From IMG/VR virus record IMGVR_UViG_3300034161_000018, positions 1-64,000 of that record: a stretch of 64,000 nt of DNA, one strand, 5' to 3'. This document shows, piece by piece, positions 28,002 through 37,277 of the stretch. The stretch comes from a virus (taxonomy: Duplodnaviria > Caudoviricetes). The first letter of the stretch is position 1. Each line of letters starts with the position of its first letter. The notes under the pieces were generated by a model that was not told the DNA's origin, made no database searches, and saw only the letters and a program-made list of their open reading frames with translations. The translations under genes and the position numbers were made by a program.

Positions 28002-28238
28002 TTACTGTTTCGTTGCCATCATGAATTCGCTGTATTTGCGCAGCGTTTCCTGTTCCGCTTCGGAAAGGTTGTCCATGATTTCGTTGAGGTCTTCTTCGCT
28101 CACGCCGATGTTTTGCATCATTGTGTTTACGGTGTTGGCGATCTTGCTTTTGTGTTTGTGCAATTCGCCTTCAATTGCCGCCAGCAAACCGGCGAGCAAA
28201 CAAACCTGCAACTTCGGTGGTAGGTCTTTAAACTGCAT
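28002..28238 (-). CDS. hypothetical protein
   Basis: 78-aa ORF. Confidence 0.75.
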   Translation of the reverse strand: MQFKDLPPKLQVCLLAGLLAAIEGELHKHKSKIANTVNTMMQNIGVSEEDLNEIMDNLSEAEQETLRKYSEFMMATKQ

Positions 28239-28572
28239 AGGTTGCGAATTCCTCTTTTAGCAAACGTTCATAAGTTGCGCGCTCAAACTGGCGAACCTGA
28301 ACAACTTGCGGGTAATAGTTTTTGTGACCTTCGCGCAACCACGAACGATCACGGCCTTTGTGGTAAGTACGAACCCACTCATGAACTGTTTGGTTTTGTT
28401 TGGACAGACTCATGATTACCAAATGTTTGGCTTCGGTCAGCGACCGGGCACGAACGTCCCCCACGTAAAAGCGGGTTACGTCTAACTCCTTGTCGTAAAC
28501 GGTGTACTCGAAAACAAATACGTCCAACAGTTGCGACGCTTCCGAATATTCCTTTTTGATTTTGCGTGCCAT
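28228..28572 (-). CDS. hypothetical protein; first gene after cassette 2
   Basis: Start MARKIK. Confidence 0.8.
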   Translation of the reverse strand: MARKIKKEYSEASQLLDVFVFEYTVYDKELDVTRFYVGDVRARSLTEAKHLVIMSLSKQNQTVHEWVRTYHKGRDRSWLREGHKNYYPQVVQVRQFERATYERLLKEEFATYAV

Positions 28573-28586
28573 GCTATATGTCCCCA

Positions 28587-28700
28587 AACTTCCAGTAAGT
28601 CGTAAGTGTTAACCTTCGGGCTGGTGTTTCTCCAGCAGGGTCATTGTATCACAAACGACAGTAGGCCGGAAGCTCTTACGCTTACAGCCTACTGGAAGTT
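28587..28700 (-). promoter_or_regulatory. promoter cassette 2
   Basis: -35 TTCCGG (28666-71), 17 bp, TGaTACAAT (28643-48). Sites 28587-606 (- CTTACGACTTACTGGAAGTT) and 28681-700 (+ CTTACAGCCTACTGGAAGTT). Confidence 0.85.
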
Positions 28701-28712
28701 CCCCGTCAGGTT

Positions 28713-29642
28713 TTAGGAATCGGAACGCGGCGGCGTTTCCTCAATCGAACCGGCTGGCTGTTGCGGCCAAACCGCTTGTGGCCCTTCGATCTTAAACATT
28801 TGGTACGCGAACGGCGATTTGATTTGTGCGCGTTCTTCTTCCGTCAGATTCACAAGAAGCGAAACGGCTTCCAACGGTTTCTCAAACATATGCACGATTT
28901 CTTTGACCGTGTGAACCAGCATCGCTTTGTCTTGCGAGTTTTCCCACAATTCAAATTCGGTTTCGTCCATCAACTCTTTCAGTTCGATGATCTTGCCAAA
29001 CTTTTCTTGCGGCTGGTGCAGAGCGCGCATCACCAGAACCCGGCCAAACTTTCGCGCTTCCATCAAGTCACGGCGTTGCGTGGTCGGCATTTCCGCTGGC
29101 GCTTTTTCCGGAGCATCGGTTTCATCATCGTCAGAATCTTCGTCGGAGTCGCGATTTTCATCCGACAAATCGTCGTCTTCTTCGTCGCTTTTCCCGTCGA
29201 GGTCTTCACGCTTCACAAACACTTCGGCGTAATGGCGCGAAGCCAAAGACAGAACGACCAGCAATTGCGAAAGGCGTTCGACTTCTTCGTGGCCTTGCGA
29301 AGCTGCCAACATATCGTCGGTCAGTTTCAAACCATTCTTGCCCCAGCGTTGGTTTTCAACTTTGTCGTTTACCTGATTCATCCGGTACGCGTAATGCGCC
29401 AGACGTTCGGTGACGGTGCGAAGCAAATAGTTTGCGAGTTTCGCCGAGAAGGTAATGGAACCGGTGTTGTCTTCTTTCGACAATTTGGTCAGCGCTTTGA
29501 TTACTTGCGCGCCTTCACCGCGAGCCAGATAGCCTTCATACGAACGACCGAGAACGTTGAGCAAAAGTTTCCCCGGAGCTTCCTCGAAAACGGCTTCTGC
29601 GAAGTACGGGCTGTTGCAGGAAATGCGAATAACTGTAGACAC
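28713..29642 (-). CDS. hypothetical protein with central acidic tract
   Basis: GTG start at 29642 with AGGAG RBS. Confidence 0.85.
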   Translation of the reverse strand: MSTVIRISCNSPYFAEAVFEEAPGKLLLNVLGRSYEGYLARGEGAQVIKALTKLSKEDNTGSITFSAKLANYLLRTVTERLAHYAYRMNQVNDKVENQRWGKNGLKLTDDMLAASQGHEEVERLSQLLVVLSLASRHYAEVFVKREDLDGKSDEEDDDLSDENRDSDEDSDDDETDAPEKAPAEMPTTQRRDLMEARKFGRVLVMRALHQPQEKFGKIIELKELMDETEFELWENSQDKAMLVHTVKEIVHMFEKPLEAVSLLVNLTEEERAQIKSPFAYQMFKIEGPQAVWPQQPAGSIEETPPRSDS

Positions 29643-29655
29643 AAAAACTCTCCTA

Positions 29656-30171
29656 TTAATTGGCGGGGAAACCGTAGCCGCATTCGTTCCGTTCGGCCAT
29701 GTATTTCTTGTTGCGGTCGGCGTACAGATCGTTGCCGTGGTTCGTGTAAACATCCACGAATTCCTGTGCGCCACTGTGCGGGTCAAACAGAATATCGCGA
29801 ATGTCGATTTCGACTTTCCATTCATCTGCAATCAGCGGCAGGATGCGTGTCAAAATGTCGATGCCGCCCGGAATGACTTTCATACATTGCGTGCCTTTCA
29901 TCATTCCGGTAAGCCAACTGTAATACCGGGTAATCAGCGGCCAGTCTTGCGGGTTGAAGTGCATCAAATCCGAATCCGGCCACGCCAGCGAAATCGGATG
30001 ATCCAGAAATTCTTTCCACAGCTTTGCGTCAGCCGGGTTATCAAACTTCAACCGGGCCGCGTTCCAACTGATAATGTCGGCGCCTTCTTTGCGGTTGTTT
30101 GCGTCGGCCACCGATTGCTTGTGTGCCGGTTTGATTTTCAGGTGGTAACGAATTGCAATGTAATCGCCCAT
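29656..30171 (-). CDS. hypothetical protein
   Basis: 171-aa ORF; GAGGA RBS. Confidence 0.85.
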   Translation of the reverse strand: MGDYIAIRYHLKIKPAHKQSVADANNRKEGADIISWNAARLKFDNPADAKLWKEFLDHPISLAWPDSDLMHFNPQDWPLITRYYSWLTGMMKGTQCMKVIPGGIDILTRILPLIADEWKVEIDIRDILFDPHSGAQEFVDVYTNHGNDLYADRNKKYMAERNECGYGFPAN

Positions 30172-30174
30172 TTC

Positions 30175-30504
30175 TCAATCCTCGCGGTGAAAGTGATTCC
30201 ATTCTTGTTGCGCACGGTGCGCGTCGGCCATGCGATCAAACTTTGCTTGGCATTCGGAACAGTCGTCTTCTTCAATGTCGTGTTCGCAAATGGTGGGCAT
30301 GTCCGATTCCATTTCCCGGTCATGTTCTTCGTCGCACTTTTCGCATTCGTCACCGAACACAATGCCGTGCCCGCATTTCGGCGGAGGGTTGCAAACTTCG
30401 CAGCAATTGATTTCCTCGCCGTGCTCGCAGTTGTTGCAGTTTTCGCAGCCGGTGCATTTGTTGCTTTCGCATTCGGCGTAAAGTTGGTCGGCTGTCTTTT
30501 CCAT
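30175..30504 (-). CDS. Cys/His-rich acidic putative metal-binding protein
   Basis: 14 Cys in 109 aa; three CxH..CxxC units. Confidence 0.8.
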   Translation of the reverse strand: MEKTADQLYAECESNKCTGCENCNNCEHGEEINCCEVCNPPPKCGHGIVFGDECEKCDEEHDREMESDMPTICEHDIEEDDCSECQAKFDRMADAHRAQQEWNHFHRED

Positions 30505-30535
30505 TTCAAAATCCCCCTGAATATAGTGTTTACAG

Positions 30536-31120
30536 TTACTCGCCGCGTTGGATTGCGCCGTCTTGCGAAGGTGGGGCCAACAGTTCGTCGTGCAGCTTTT
30601 GGAATTCTGCGGCAACGTCGTCGTTCTTTCCGTTCATGTAGGAAGGCGTCAACTGTTCAATCAGTTCGCGCAGTTCCTCGATCTTGACCAACGCTACAGC
30701 GGCCCCACGGTTTTCGCGCAGGTTTAGAATCGCTTCGCGAATTTCCCGAACGTAATGTTTGGCTACCATTTTGCGCGCCGGGTCTTTCGACGGGAAAGTC
30801 AAACGGCCTTCCAAACAATCTGCGCCGTAACGAATCTCCATATGGAAATCTACGGCACCAACTGCGCCACCGCCGTAACCAGCTTTGGTGAATGCGTCGG
30901 AAACATTGAAGCCGGTGATTTTGTCATACTGGCCGTCTTGCCAGAAAACCCAAAACTCTTGCGTGACGTTGATTACCACTTTGCCCGATTTGAGGTCGGC
31001 TTGGTGTTTGTGCAGTTGCTGCGCCATCTTGTTTGCCTTGTGACGCAAGCCCGAATGGTCAGGGCCGAGCGAGCAAACTTGTTTCAACAACGAATCCAGT
31101 TCCTCTAAAAACTTTTCCAT
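30536..31120 (-). CDS. hypothetical protein
   Basis: Start moved to MEKFLE (AAGGAG RBS). Confidence 0.8.
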   Translation of the reverse strand: MEKFLEELDSLLKQVCSLGPDHSGLRHKANKMAQQLHKHQADLKSGKVVINVTQEFWVFWQDGQYDKITGFNVSDAFTKAGYGGGAVGAVDFHMEIRYGADCLEGRLTFPSKDPARKMVAKHYVREIREAILNLRENRGAAVALVKIEELRELIEQLTPSYMNGKNDDVAAEFQKLHDELLAPPSQDGAIQRGE

Positions 31121-31122
31121 GT

Positions 31123-31326
31123 TTACTCCTTCACTTTCTTTGGCTTGTGTTTGATTGGGCGCAGCATTTTGGTTTTCTCGGACGACCAGCGATACCACGG
31201 ATGCGGGCCTTCTTCTTTGTTTTTGGCTTCAACGTATTGTCGCGCCATCTTGTCGGTGCTCAGGCAACCCATGACTTCCGGTTTGGCGTCCACGTCTGCC
31301 AGATACTTTCGATAGATGATTTGCAT
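31123..31326 (-). CDS. small basic protein
   Basis: 67-aa ORF. Confidence 0.7.
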   Translation of the reverse strand: MQIIYRKYLADVDAKPEVMGCLSTDKMARQYVEAKNKEEGPHPWYRWSSEKTKMLRPIKHKPKKVKE

Positions 31327-31329
31327 TTG

Positions 31330-31818
31330 TTACGCCTTCAATTCCGAAACGCCGAGATAGTCCAGCCAGTTATGGAAATAGCGAATCAACTGACCAGAAC
31401 GTTCGTGCGTTCCGTAATGATGTGCCATGAAATCTTTTTGGTTCTGTTGCTTGTCGGCGATCAGCATATGCCGAACTTCCATTCCGAGAACGCCAACGTT
31501 TGCCGCAATATCCTCTTGCGTCCAGTGGTCGGTGCTTGGGCGGCACAGATACGCGTTTGCGTGGCGACGATAATCAACAGCCAACGCGAATTCAGTGATA
31601 CCGACTCTATCGTCAGCAGACAACCGAGTGCAGTTGTTGTGGTAATCCAAATCGTTCTGCAACATCGGATGCAGACAGAAAGCGGCTTTTGCGTTTTCGG
31701 TAGCGCCGAGGCCGTCGAGGATTTCCAAACCTTCGTGAATGTGATTAATCAATGGAAGGCCGGAGCGTTCAGCAGTGCGTTCGCCATAAAAAGCTTCGAT
31801 CAAAGTCAGTGCGTACAT
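31330..31818 (-). CDS. HD-domain-like protein with degenerate motif
   Basis: RSGLPLINHIHEGL..AAFCLHP..ADKQQN resembles RelA/SpoT-type HD fold, HD changed to HP. Confidence 0.55.
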   Translation of the reverse strand: MYALTLIEAFYGERTAERSGLPLINHIHEGLEILDGLGATENAKAAFCLHPMLQNDLDYHNNCTRLSADDRVGITEFALAVDYRRHANAYLCRPSTDHWTQEDIAANVGVLGMEVRHMLIADKQQNQKDFMAHHYGTHERSGQLIRYFHNWLDYLGVSELKA

Positions 31819-31819
31819 T

Positions 31820-32047
31820 TCAATTCTTTCCTAAACGTTTGCAGCCTTGCGGCCCAACTGGCCCACGCGGCCCGGTGTATTCACGGGCGTATTGACCAGT
31901 TTGCATTTTGTAAATGAGTTCGTCCGTTGCCCGCTGTTCTGATTTCAGCACAGACAACTCCAATTGCCGGAAGCGCATAGAATGGTTGTGCTGAAACAGA
32001 ATTGCTAGCGGCAACCCGAGTAGGCTAAGCGCTAAAAGGATTTCCAT
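31820..32047 (-). CDS. TM, coiled-coil and short collagen-like tail
   Basis: Start MEILLA; ends GPRGPVGPQG. Confidence 0.65.
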   Translation of the reverse strand: MEILLALSLLGLPLAILFQHNHSMRFRQLELSVLKSEQRATDELIYKMQTGQYAREYTGPRGPVGPQGCKRLGKN

Positions 32048-32814
32048 TAGAACGCTGGCAGCCCTTCCAGTTCGTAACCCATGATGAATTTGAAAAACGT
32101 TTTGGATGGAAGCAAACCGCCTTCGATATACGTGCGGTAGCCAACCGGCCAACGCCAGCCTTTGTATTTCAATTCGCAGGAACCGTTTTGGCTCCCGTCC
32201 CAACGGTTCGTACTCCAACCTTTGAAATGGTTGCGATGGGCTTTCGCTTCCACTTTTTCCAGTTTGGTCAGGAACGCATCTAGGTCAAACGTTTCGAGTT
32301 TCATCCGAACCGGGAAAGGCAAACGTTGTCCAGCCGGGAAACGTTCTTTCGGATCGAACGGTGCGCTTTCACGCCAGAAGCCAGCGGTCTTCGGCTCCTG
32401 ATAGCAACCGATGTTTAGTTTGCACCACGTTTTCTGTCCGGAGAAACGCGGAATCTTTTTCGGCGCTGGCAATTCCTGAAACTCAGGCTGCGAAGAACTG
32501 ATTCGCCCGGTCGGTGTGCCAAGACGCCGTTGTGCCGCACGTTCGACAATTTGTTTGCCGTTCTTGCGTTTCCAATGCAGCACTTCGCGGGCCGCTTTGG
32601 TTGTCACCACTTGTTCAACGCCGTCGAAGAACTGCAACAGCGTGCCGCCAGCAGTCAACAGCTTTTTGATTTCAAACAGGGCCGTCGTGCTTTTCAGCAG
32701 CAACGATTCCAGTTCTTCGATTTCCAGATTGGCGGAAACTCGGAGTTCCAACGCGCTCAAGTCTTTCAAATCTTGGCCCACCTTCTTTGTGAATTCTTTG
32801 GCAATACGTTTCAT
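32047..32814 (-). CDS. hypothetical protein
   Basis: 255 aa; C-terminal KGWS..NGS..WRWPVG..YI motif. Confidence 0.85.
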   Translation of the reverse strand: MKRIAKEFTKKVGQDLKDLSALELRVSANLEIEELESLLLKSTTALFEIKKLLTAGGTLLQFFDGVEQVVTTKAAREVLHWKRKNGKQIVERAAQRRLGTPTGRISSSQPEFQELPAPKKIPRFSGQKTWCKLNIGCYQEPKTAGFWRESAPFDPKERFPAGQRLPFPVRMKLETFDLDAFLTKLEKVEAKAHRNHFKGWSTNRWDGSQNGSCELKYKGWRWPVGYRTYIEGGLLPSKTFFKFIMGYELEGLPAF

Positions 32815-33293
32815 TTAAGCCCCGGTGTCAGTCTGTATTCAGAGGAAAGGCGCAGCCGGTGTACGCCGTTTTCGTCGATGTAATAGCGCCAGTTGCGATC
32901 TTCCTCACGGAAGTTTTTCGGCGTGCGTTTGTTGTGCGGCCCGACGTGTCGCAGATAAAACACTGCATCCCAAACCAAATCTTTCAGCGGTTTGTTTTTG
33001 GTGTACGGCAATTCGCGCACCAGCTTGTCGGTAAACTCGCCGTCGATTACCCAGTTCGCATACACTTCAATTTGAAACGTGCGCTTTGCGTCAGCGGCTC
33101 GGCGCAGGTCTTCAAAAATACCGTCCTGCAAAAGATAGTAGGTCAGCGCCCCGCCGTATGCCGAAACATACGTGCGCGTATTGAAGTGCGAAATGAACAA
33201 CGGTTCCGCGCAAAACATTTCAGTGTTTACGCCACGACGTTTGACCAGCGGAGTTTGAACCGGAACCTCTACGGTTTTGTCCGCGAGCCTCAT
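32811..33293 (-). CDS. hypothetical protein
   Basis: 160-aa ORF. Confidence 0.8.
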   Translation of the reverse strand: MRLADKTVEVPVQTPLVKRRGVNTEMFCAEPLFISHFNTRTYVSAYGGALTYYLLQDGIFEDLRRAADAKRTFQIEVYANWVIDGEFTDKLVRELPYTKNKPLKDLVWDAVFYLRHVGPHNKRTPKNFREEDRNWRYYIDENGVHRLRLSSEYRLTPGLK

Positions 33294-34216
33294 GATGGCG
33301 ACTTCACAACAACGGTCAACACTTCAACATTATCGGCAATCTCTTTCAGTGCCGGATTCTTGAAGCGGAACGGAAGCGCAAACATGCACTTGTCGAGTTC
33401 CCGATTTGGTTCGGCGTATTCCACAAACACCGTCGAGTCAACGATTAGGTGCAGGCGCTGGCCCGGCCCTTCGTGTTCGCGAATCTTTGCAACCGCCGCA
33501 ATCAGTTCAACCGGCGATTTCACATGCAGGAAAGCGTGCGGGTCGGGTTTGCGTTCCAAGGCGCGTTTGTCGAATTCGATGCGTTGAATCTTCGACAGGC
33601 TGTTCATGGAAAACATAATCACGTTTTCACGATTGCGAATGCGGCTTACCAGAATGGTTTCGATTGCACGCTTTACAATGCGATTATCGTCACCGACCAT
33701 CAAGCAATTGTAGGAACGGGACGGGCGCGGTTTTTCTGAAACCCCAAACGCCACCATGCTACCGGCAGGAATTCCCCCTTTCAACTTTTCGTCCCGCAGC
33801 GGCAGGCCGGTTTCCAGTTTCTCCGACATTTGTTGCGGAGGCATACGCACGCGGGTTTGAACAGGAAGCGCGTTCCACGCTTTAATCTTTTCTTGGCCGA
33901 TTGGTGAAGCCATAAACAGGCGCCACATTCGATCATGCGATTTCATACGGCGGTCACGGTCGCCTTCTTGCGGATAGTTGTCAAACAGAAATGTCGAAAT
34001 GTCCGCGCTATCCAGTGCGAAGATTTTGGAGGTGCCGTCCGGAAGGATCAAATAGCTGACAACGTTTTCGATTTCCAAAAACGCTTGCCCTTGTCCCCAC
34101 TTCTTAACCAGTTTCACAACACAGCGCGGAAACTGTTTGGCGAAAGCGAACTGCATGCGCTTCAACATCATTGCTGCGCGTTCTTCTTGGGTGCGTTTAC
34201 CTTTTGGTGGTGCCAT
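33290..34216 (-). CDS. hypothetical protein
   Basis: Start moved to MAPPKG (AGGA RBS). Confidence 0.85.
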   Translation of the reverse strand: MAPPKGKRTQEERAAMMLKRMQFAFAKQFPRCVVKLVKKWGQGQAFLEIENVVSYLILPDGTSKIFALDSADISTFLFDNYPQEGDRDRRMKSHDRMWRLFMASPIGQEKIKAWNALPVQTRVRMPPQQMSEKLETGLPLRDEKLKGGIPAGSMVAFGVSEKPRPSRSYNCLMVGDDNRIVKRAIETILVSRIRNRENVIMFSMNSLSKIQRIEFDKRALERKPDPHAFLHVKSPVELIAAVAKIREHEGPGQRLHLIVDSTVFVEYAEPNRELDKCMFALPFRFKNPALKEIADNVEVLTVVVKSPS

Positions 34217-34220
34217 GATA

Positions 34221-34367
34221 TTAAGTCCTGAACCTGAGAGAAAGAAGAATTGCTGTGATGAAAATAAAAGCGTAGCCACAAACATTCGCTGGCGTAGCTT
34301 CGGAGTGTTGCAGCATTACGGCGGCGCCTCCAGCTACTGCGGCGCAAGCGTACCAGCGAATGTTCAT
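34221..34367 (-). CDS. small hydrophobic protein
   Basis: Hand-translated 48 aa MNIRWYACAAVAGG...; AAGGA RBS. Confidence 0.55.
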   Translation of the reverse strand: MNIRWYACAAVAGGAAVMLQHSEATPANVCGYAFIFITAILLSLRFRT

Positions 34368-34382
34368 GTTTCGTTTCCTTGT

Positions 34383-34670
34383 TTATTCGAGATATTCACG
34401 CGCTTTCAAAATGTCGCGCCAGTACCAAACCAAACCGTCTTTGTTGCACATACCGTCAACGACGAGGTGACACAAATCATCAAACGTTTCTGCAACGGTT
34501 CGCTGGTCGTAACGCTGGTGAACATCCAGCTTGCCGTCTTCACGTTGATAAATGTGCATTTCGCTTTTCGAGCCGGTCTGCATATCGAAGCACACGCCGA
34601 ATTCGGTTTTACGGATTTCGACCTGTACGCCTTCCTCAATCGCTTCGAGAATCGCCTGATGAATTTGCAT
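34383..34670 (-). CDS. hypothetical protein
   Basis: 95-aa ORF. Confidence 0.8.
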   Translation of the reverse strand: MQIHQAILEAIEEGVQVEIRKTEFGVCFDMQTGSKSEMHIYQREDGKLDVHQRYDQRTVAETFDDLCHLVVDGMCNKDGLVWYWRDILKAREYLE

Positions 34671-34671
34671 T

Positions 34672-34956
34672 TTAGTTTCCCCGTGTGCCAGAACGGTCTA
34701 CGAAATGTTCACCGTCCGAATTGGTTTTCGTGTGGCGGGCGTTGTCCAGCGCTTCGTCGAGAGATTGGCCGGTTGCGCTGATCCAACCGTGATCTTTGAC
34801 GTGCCAAACAATGCGATGTTGTTTGTAGGTGCCCGTCGAATCGAAGTCCACCGAAACACTGGCAAACCGACTGCGCTCTTTCAACCAGTGGTAATTCGCC
34901 AGATCGTTTTTCAGAACTTCGTTTTGTTCGGCCAGATACTCGGGTGTGTTTTCCAT
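34672..34956 (-). CDS. hypothetical protein
   Basis: 94-aa ORF. Confidence 0.8.
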   Translation of the reverse strand: MENTPEYLAEQNEVLKNDLANYHWLKERSRFASVSVDFDSTGTYKQHRIVWHVKDHGWISATGQSLDEALDNARHTKTNSDGEHFVDRSGTRGN

Positions 34957-34957
34957 A

Positions 34958-35311
34958 TTACACCTGTTGGATTGGAGTACGGCGAAGTTTATCTACGTCC
35001 TTCTGCGCTTGTTTGCGAGCGGCGCGTTTGATGGCGTAGGCCAGTGCGTCTTGATATTCCTGTTCGTAAACTTTGTTGTAAAGTTTTTGTACGTCTTCTT
35101 GAACACGTTCGTCGGTCATGGCGCTAAGAACCAAATCTTCGACGTGTTTGCGAATCTGCGCACGCACCGGGCCGAGCTTCTGGCCGTAGAAAGAATTGTC
35201 GCTCAGCAGATTCGTTGCGACCTTATTGAATTCGTCGGTCACAACTGTTTGAAGTCTTGCTGCAATGTCGCGCTTGATCTTGGAATCGTCTACTTCAAAA
35301 TCTACTTTCAC
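34958..35311 (-). CDS. hypothetical protein
   Basis: 117-aa helical ORF. Confidence 0.8.
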   Translation of the reverse strand: MKVDFEVDDSKIKRDIAARLQTVVTDEFNKVATNLLSDNSFYGQKLGPVRAQIRKHVEDLVLSAMTDERVQEDVQKLYNKVYEQEYQDALAYAIKRAARKQAQKDVDKLRRTPIQQV

Positions 35312-35313
35312 GC

Positions 35314-35718
35314 TTAGGCTTCCTGTTGTTGGTCAGTGTTTTCTGGTTTGGCGATTCGCTCAAACCGCGCCGGAACCCGTTCGCCCTGTGAATCGTTTGG
35401 CGCAGTGTCGAACAGTCGGATGGTTTCACAACCGCGCAAAGCTTGGTGAAGCAAGCGCAACATTTTTCCGTTGTACGGGCCTTGCCCCGCCAGTAGAGTC
35501 GTAATGCCAAACGTTTGTCCGACCGGCATCCTTTCGATTTTCGCCATGCAGCGTTTTACCCACGCTTCGTCGGAACAGTGGTCTTCCAGATATTGCAATT
35601 GTTGCGTCAACAGTTTCTCGACCGCTTCGTTGAACTGCAAACCGGCAACGCTTGGTTCGTTCACGATTCGGCCAACCAGTTCAGCACTCAATGCAACACC
35701 AGTGTTTACGCGTTCCAT
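35314..35718 (-). CDS. possible RHH/CopG-like DNA-binding protein
   Basis: Strand-helix-helix-like N-terminus RVNTGVALSAELVGRI..GLQFNEAVEKLL (weak). Confidence 0.4.
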   Translation of the reverse strand: MERVNTGVALSAELVGRIVNEPSVAGLQFNEAVEKLLTQQLQYLEDHCSDEAWVKRCMAKIERMPVGQTFGITTLLAGQGPYNGKMLRLLHQALRGCETIRLFDTAPNDSQGERVPARFERIAKPENTDQQQEA

Positions 35719-35720
35719 TG

Positions 35721-36044
35721 TTAGTCTTCCTTGTACAAGAATTCGTGATCGAAATTCAGTTCTTCCGGATTCGGATTGAAACTCGGATTCGGTGGGTCGG
35801 CCTCGCCAAGCAGTTTTAGGAGGTCTTTGTTTATGATGTTTACCGTGGCCCCTTGCATCCACTTTTTGTTTTCTTCCATGCGCTCGCTGGTAATGCTGAA
35901 AGAACCGTGGTTGTCTTGGTGCGAAATGCTCAGGCCGTGTTTGTCGTAAAGCTCAAACAATTCCTTTTTGAAATCTTCGGCCTTCCGTTCGTTTGGCGAG
36001 AGCGGCGGCGGGTAATCATCGGAACCACTAAACAGTCTCACCAC
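35721..36044 (-). CDS. hypothetical protein
   Basis: 107-aa ORF. Confidence 0.8.
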   Translation of the reverse strand: MVRLFSGSDDYPPPLSPNERKAEDFKKELFELYDKHGLSISHQDNHGSFSITSERMEENKKWMQGATVNIINKDLLKLLGEADPPNPSFNPNPEELNFDHEFLYKED

Positions 36045-36291
36045 GTTGTTCGTCCTCCTGCATTTCCCGCACAGTGATTTTCATAACCTGTTCTTCGGAA
36101 AACTGGCCGTCGTTAATAAGTTCCTCCAGCGCATCACCGGCGCTACGCAAAACATCGGCCAGATAGTTTGGGCGGAAAACTCCAGCCGCATCGCGCAGCG
36201 GATACGAACGGGTCAGTTCGATTGTCTCAAACGGATTGCCCAAGTCGATTTCCGCTTCGACGATAAACATCTTTTGTTCGGTGCTTGCCAT
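36028..36291 (-). CDS. hypothetical acidic protein
   Basis: 87-aa ORF. Confidence 0.8.
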   Translation of the reverse strand: MASTEQKMFIVEAEIDLGNPFETIELTRSYPLRDAAGVFRPNYLADVLRSAGDALEELINDGQFSEEQVMKITVREMQEDEQRGETV

Positions 36292-37026
36292 TTAATGAAC
36301 CTCGTAACCCGGAACGTTCAGGCGTACCACGGTGCGGTTGCAGTCAAACGGAACCGGCAAACTTTCGTGAACAAACGTCACGTTCCCGGCGTAGGCCATG
36401 TTCGCTTCAAACATCATTTCGCGCATATGCGAAAAGTCCAAATGCGAAACATCGCCGCCCTGTCCAATCACACCATCCCATTCGCCAATCATTGCGCGGC
36501 AAGCTGGAATGTTTGAAGCGAGAATAATCGCTTCGGTCGGCCAGTAGGTTTCCATCGTGCGGTGCGTATTGTGTTGCCCAATCATTTCGATTGTGCGGTG
36601 CCCCGGCGTTGGCGTTGTTCCGTGACGCGGCCCGCTTGGCCCTGTGCGGTGACGGCCCGGTTCGGTACGGTGTCCAGCGAGAAGAATTTCGGTTTCACGC
36701 GGCGCAGTAAAATGTTTTGGCCGAACGTTGTGTTGCGGTTCTTCCGGCTTTGGATTTCCATGCGCGTTGTATTGCGGAACCCAGTAACCGTCAATGTGCA
36801 TTCCGCCGCGACGGTGCAACTGTTGGGCCGGTACAAACTTTTCGTCAACCATCAGAAAGATTGGGCCGTCAGTATCAACGCCGTCGAGCATTTGTTCTAC
36901 GGTCGGCGCCCAGCGTTGCAGGTCTTTCGGCAAACCTTTCTTCTTGGTGAATTCGCGCATGTACACGCGCTCGGCCATGAATTCTGGAAACTGAACAGCG
37001 CCAATTGTTTGAACGATACTTTGCAT
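36292..37026 (-). CDS. putative 2OG-Fe(II) dioxygenase
   Basis: GGMHIDG (HxD), FVHESLP (distal H), RTVVRL (2OG-binding R). Confidence 0.7.
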   Translation of the reverse strand: MQSIVQTIGAVQFPEFMAERVYMREFTKKKGLPKDLQRWAPTVEQMLDGVDTDGPIFLMVDEKFVPAQQLHRRGGMHIDGYWVPQYNAHGNPKPEEPQHNVRPKHFTAPRETEILLAGHRTEPGRHRTGPSGPRHGTTPTPGHRTIEMIGQHNTHRTMETYWPTEAIILASNIPACRAMIGEWDGVIGQGGDVSHLDFSHMREMMFEANMAYAGNVTFVHESLPVPFDCNRTVVRLNVPGYEVH

Positions 37027-37037
37027 TTCTATTTCCC

Positions 37038-37277
37038 TTACCGGAGGCCAGTGGTTGCCGCGATGATTACGGAATACGCTGTGCGACGGTTGCGCATTTT
37101 GTTGAGTTCGGACGCCTGCTTTTCCGCAACCGCCTGATCGGAAAAGTGCATTGCGTGTTGGCCGACGCCCGTGTGGCACACGCCGCCGTTCGCCATAAAC
37201 ATCGAAACGTAACGCGTGTTTGGAACGGTGTTGTCACGGATGATAAAAAGATCGACTTCCTTTTCTTCGGCCATCAC
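37038..37277 (-). CDS. hypothetical protein
   Basis: 79-aa ORF. Confidence 0.75.
   Translation of the reverse strand: MMAEEKEVDLFIIRDNTVPNTRYVSMFMANGGVCHTGVGQHAMHFSDQAVAEKQASELNKMRNRRTAYSVIIAATTGLR

Noticed and set aside
28587-28612. Downstream motif as boxA or as a CRISPR repeat
   Set aside because: It lacks the GCTCTT boxA core. Copies are kilobases apart rather than separated by 30-40 bp spacers, and no cas genes are present.
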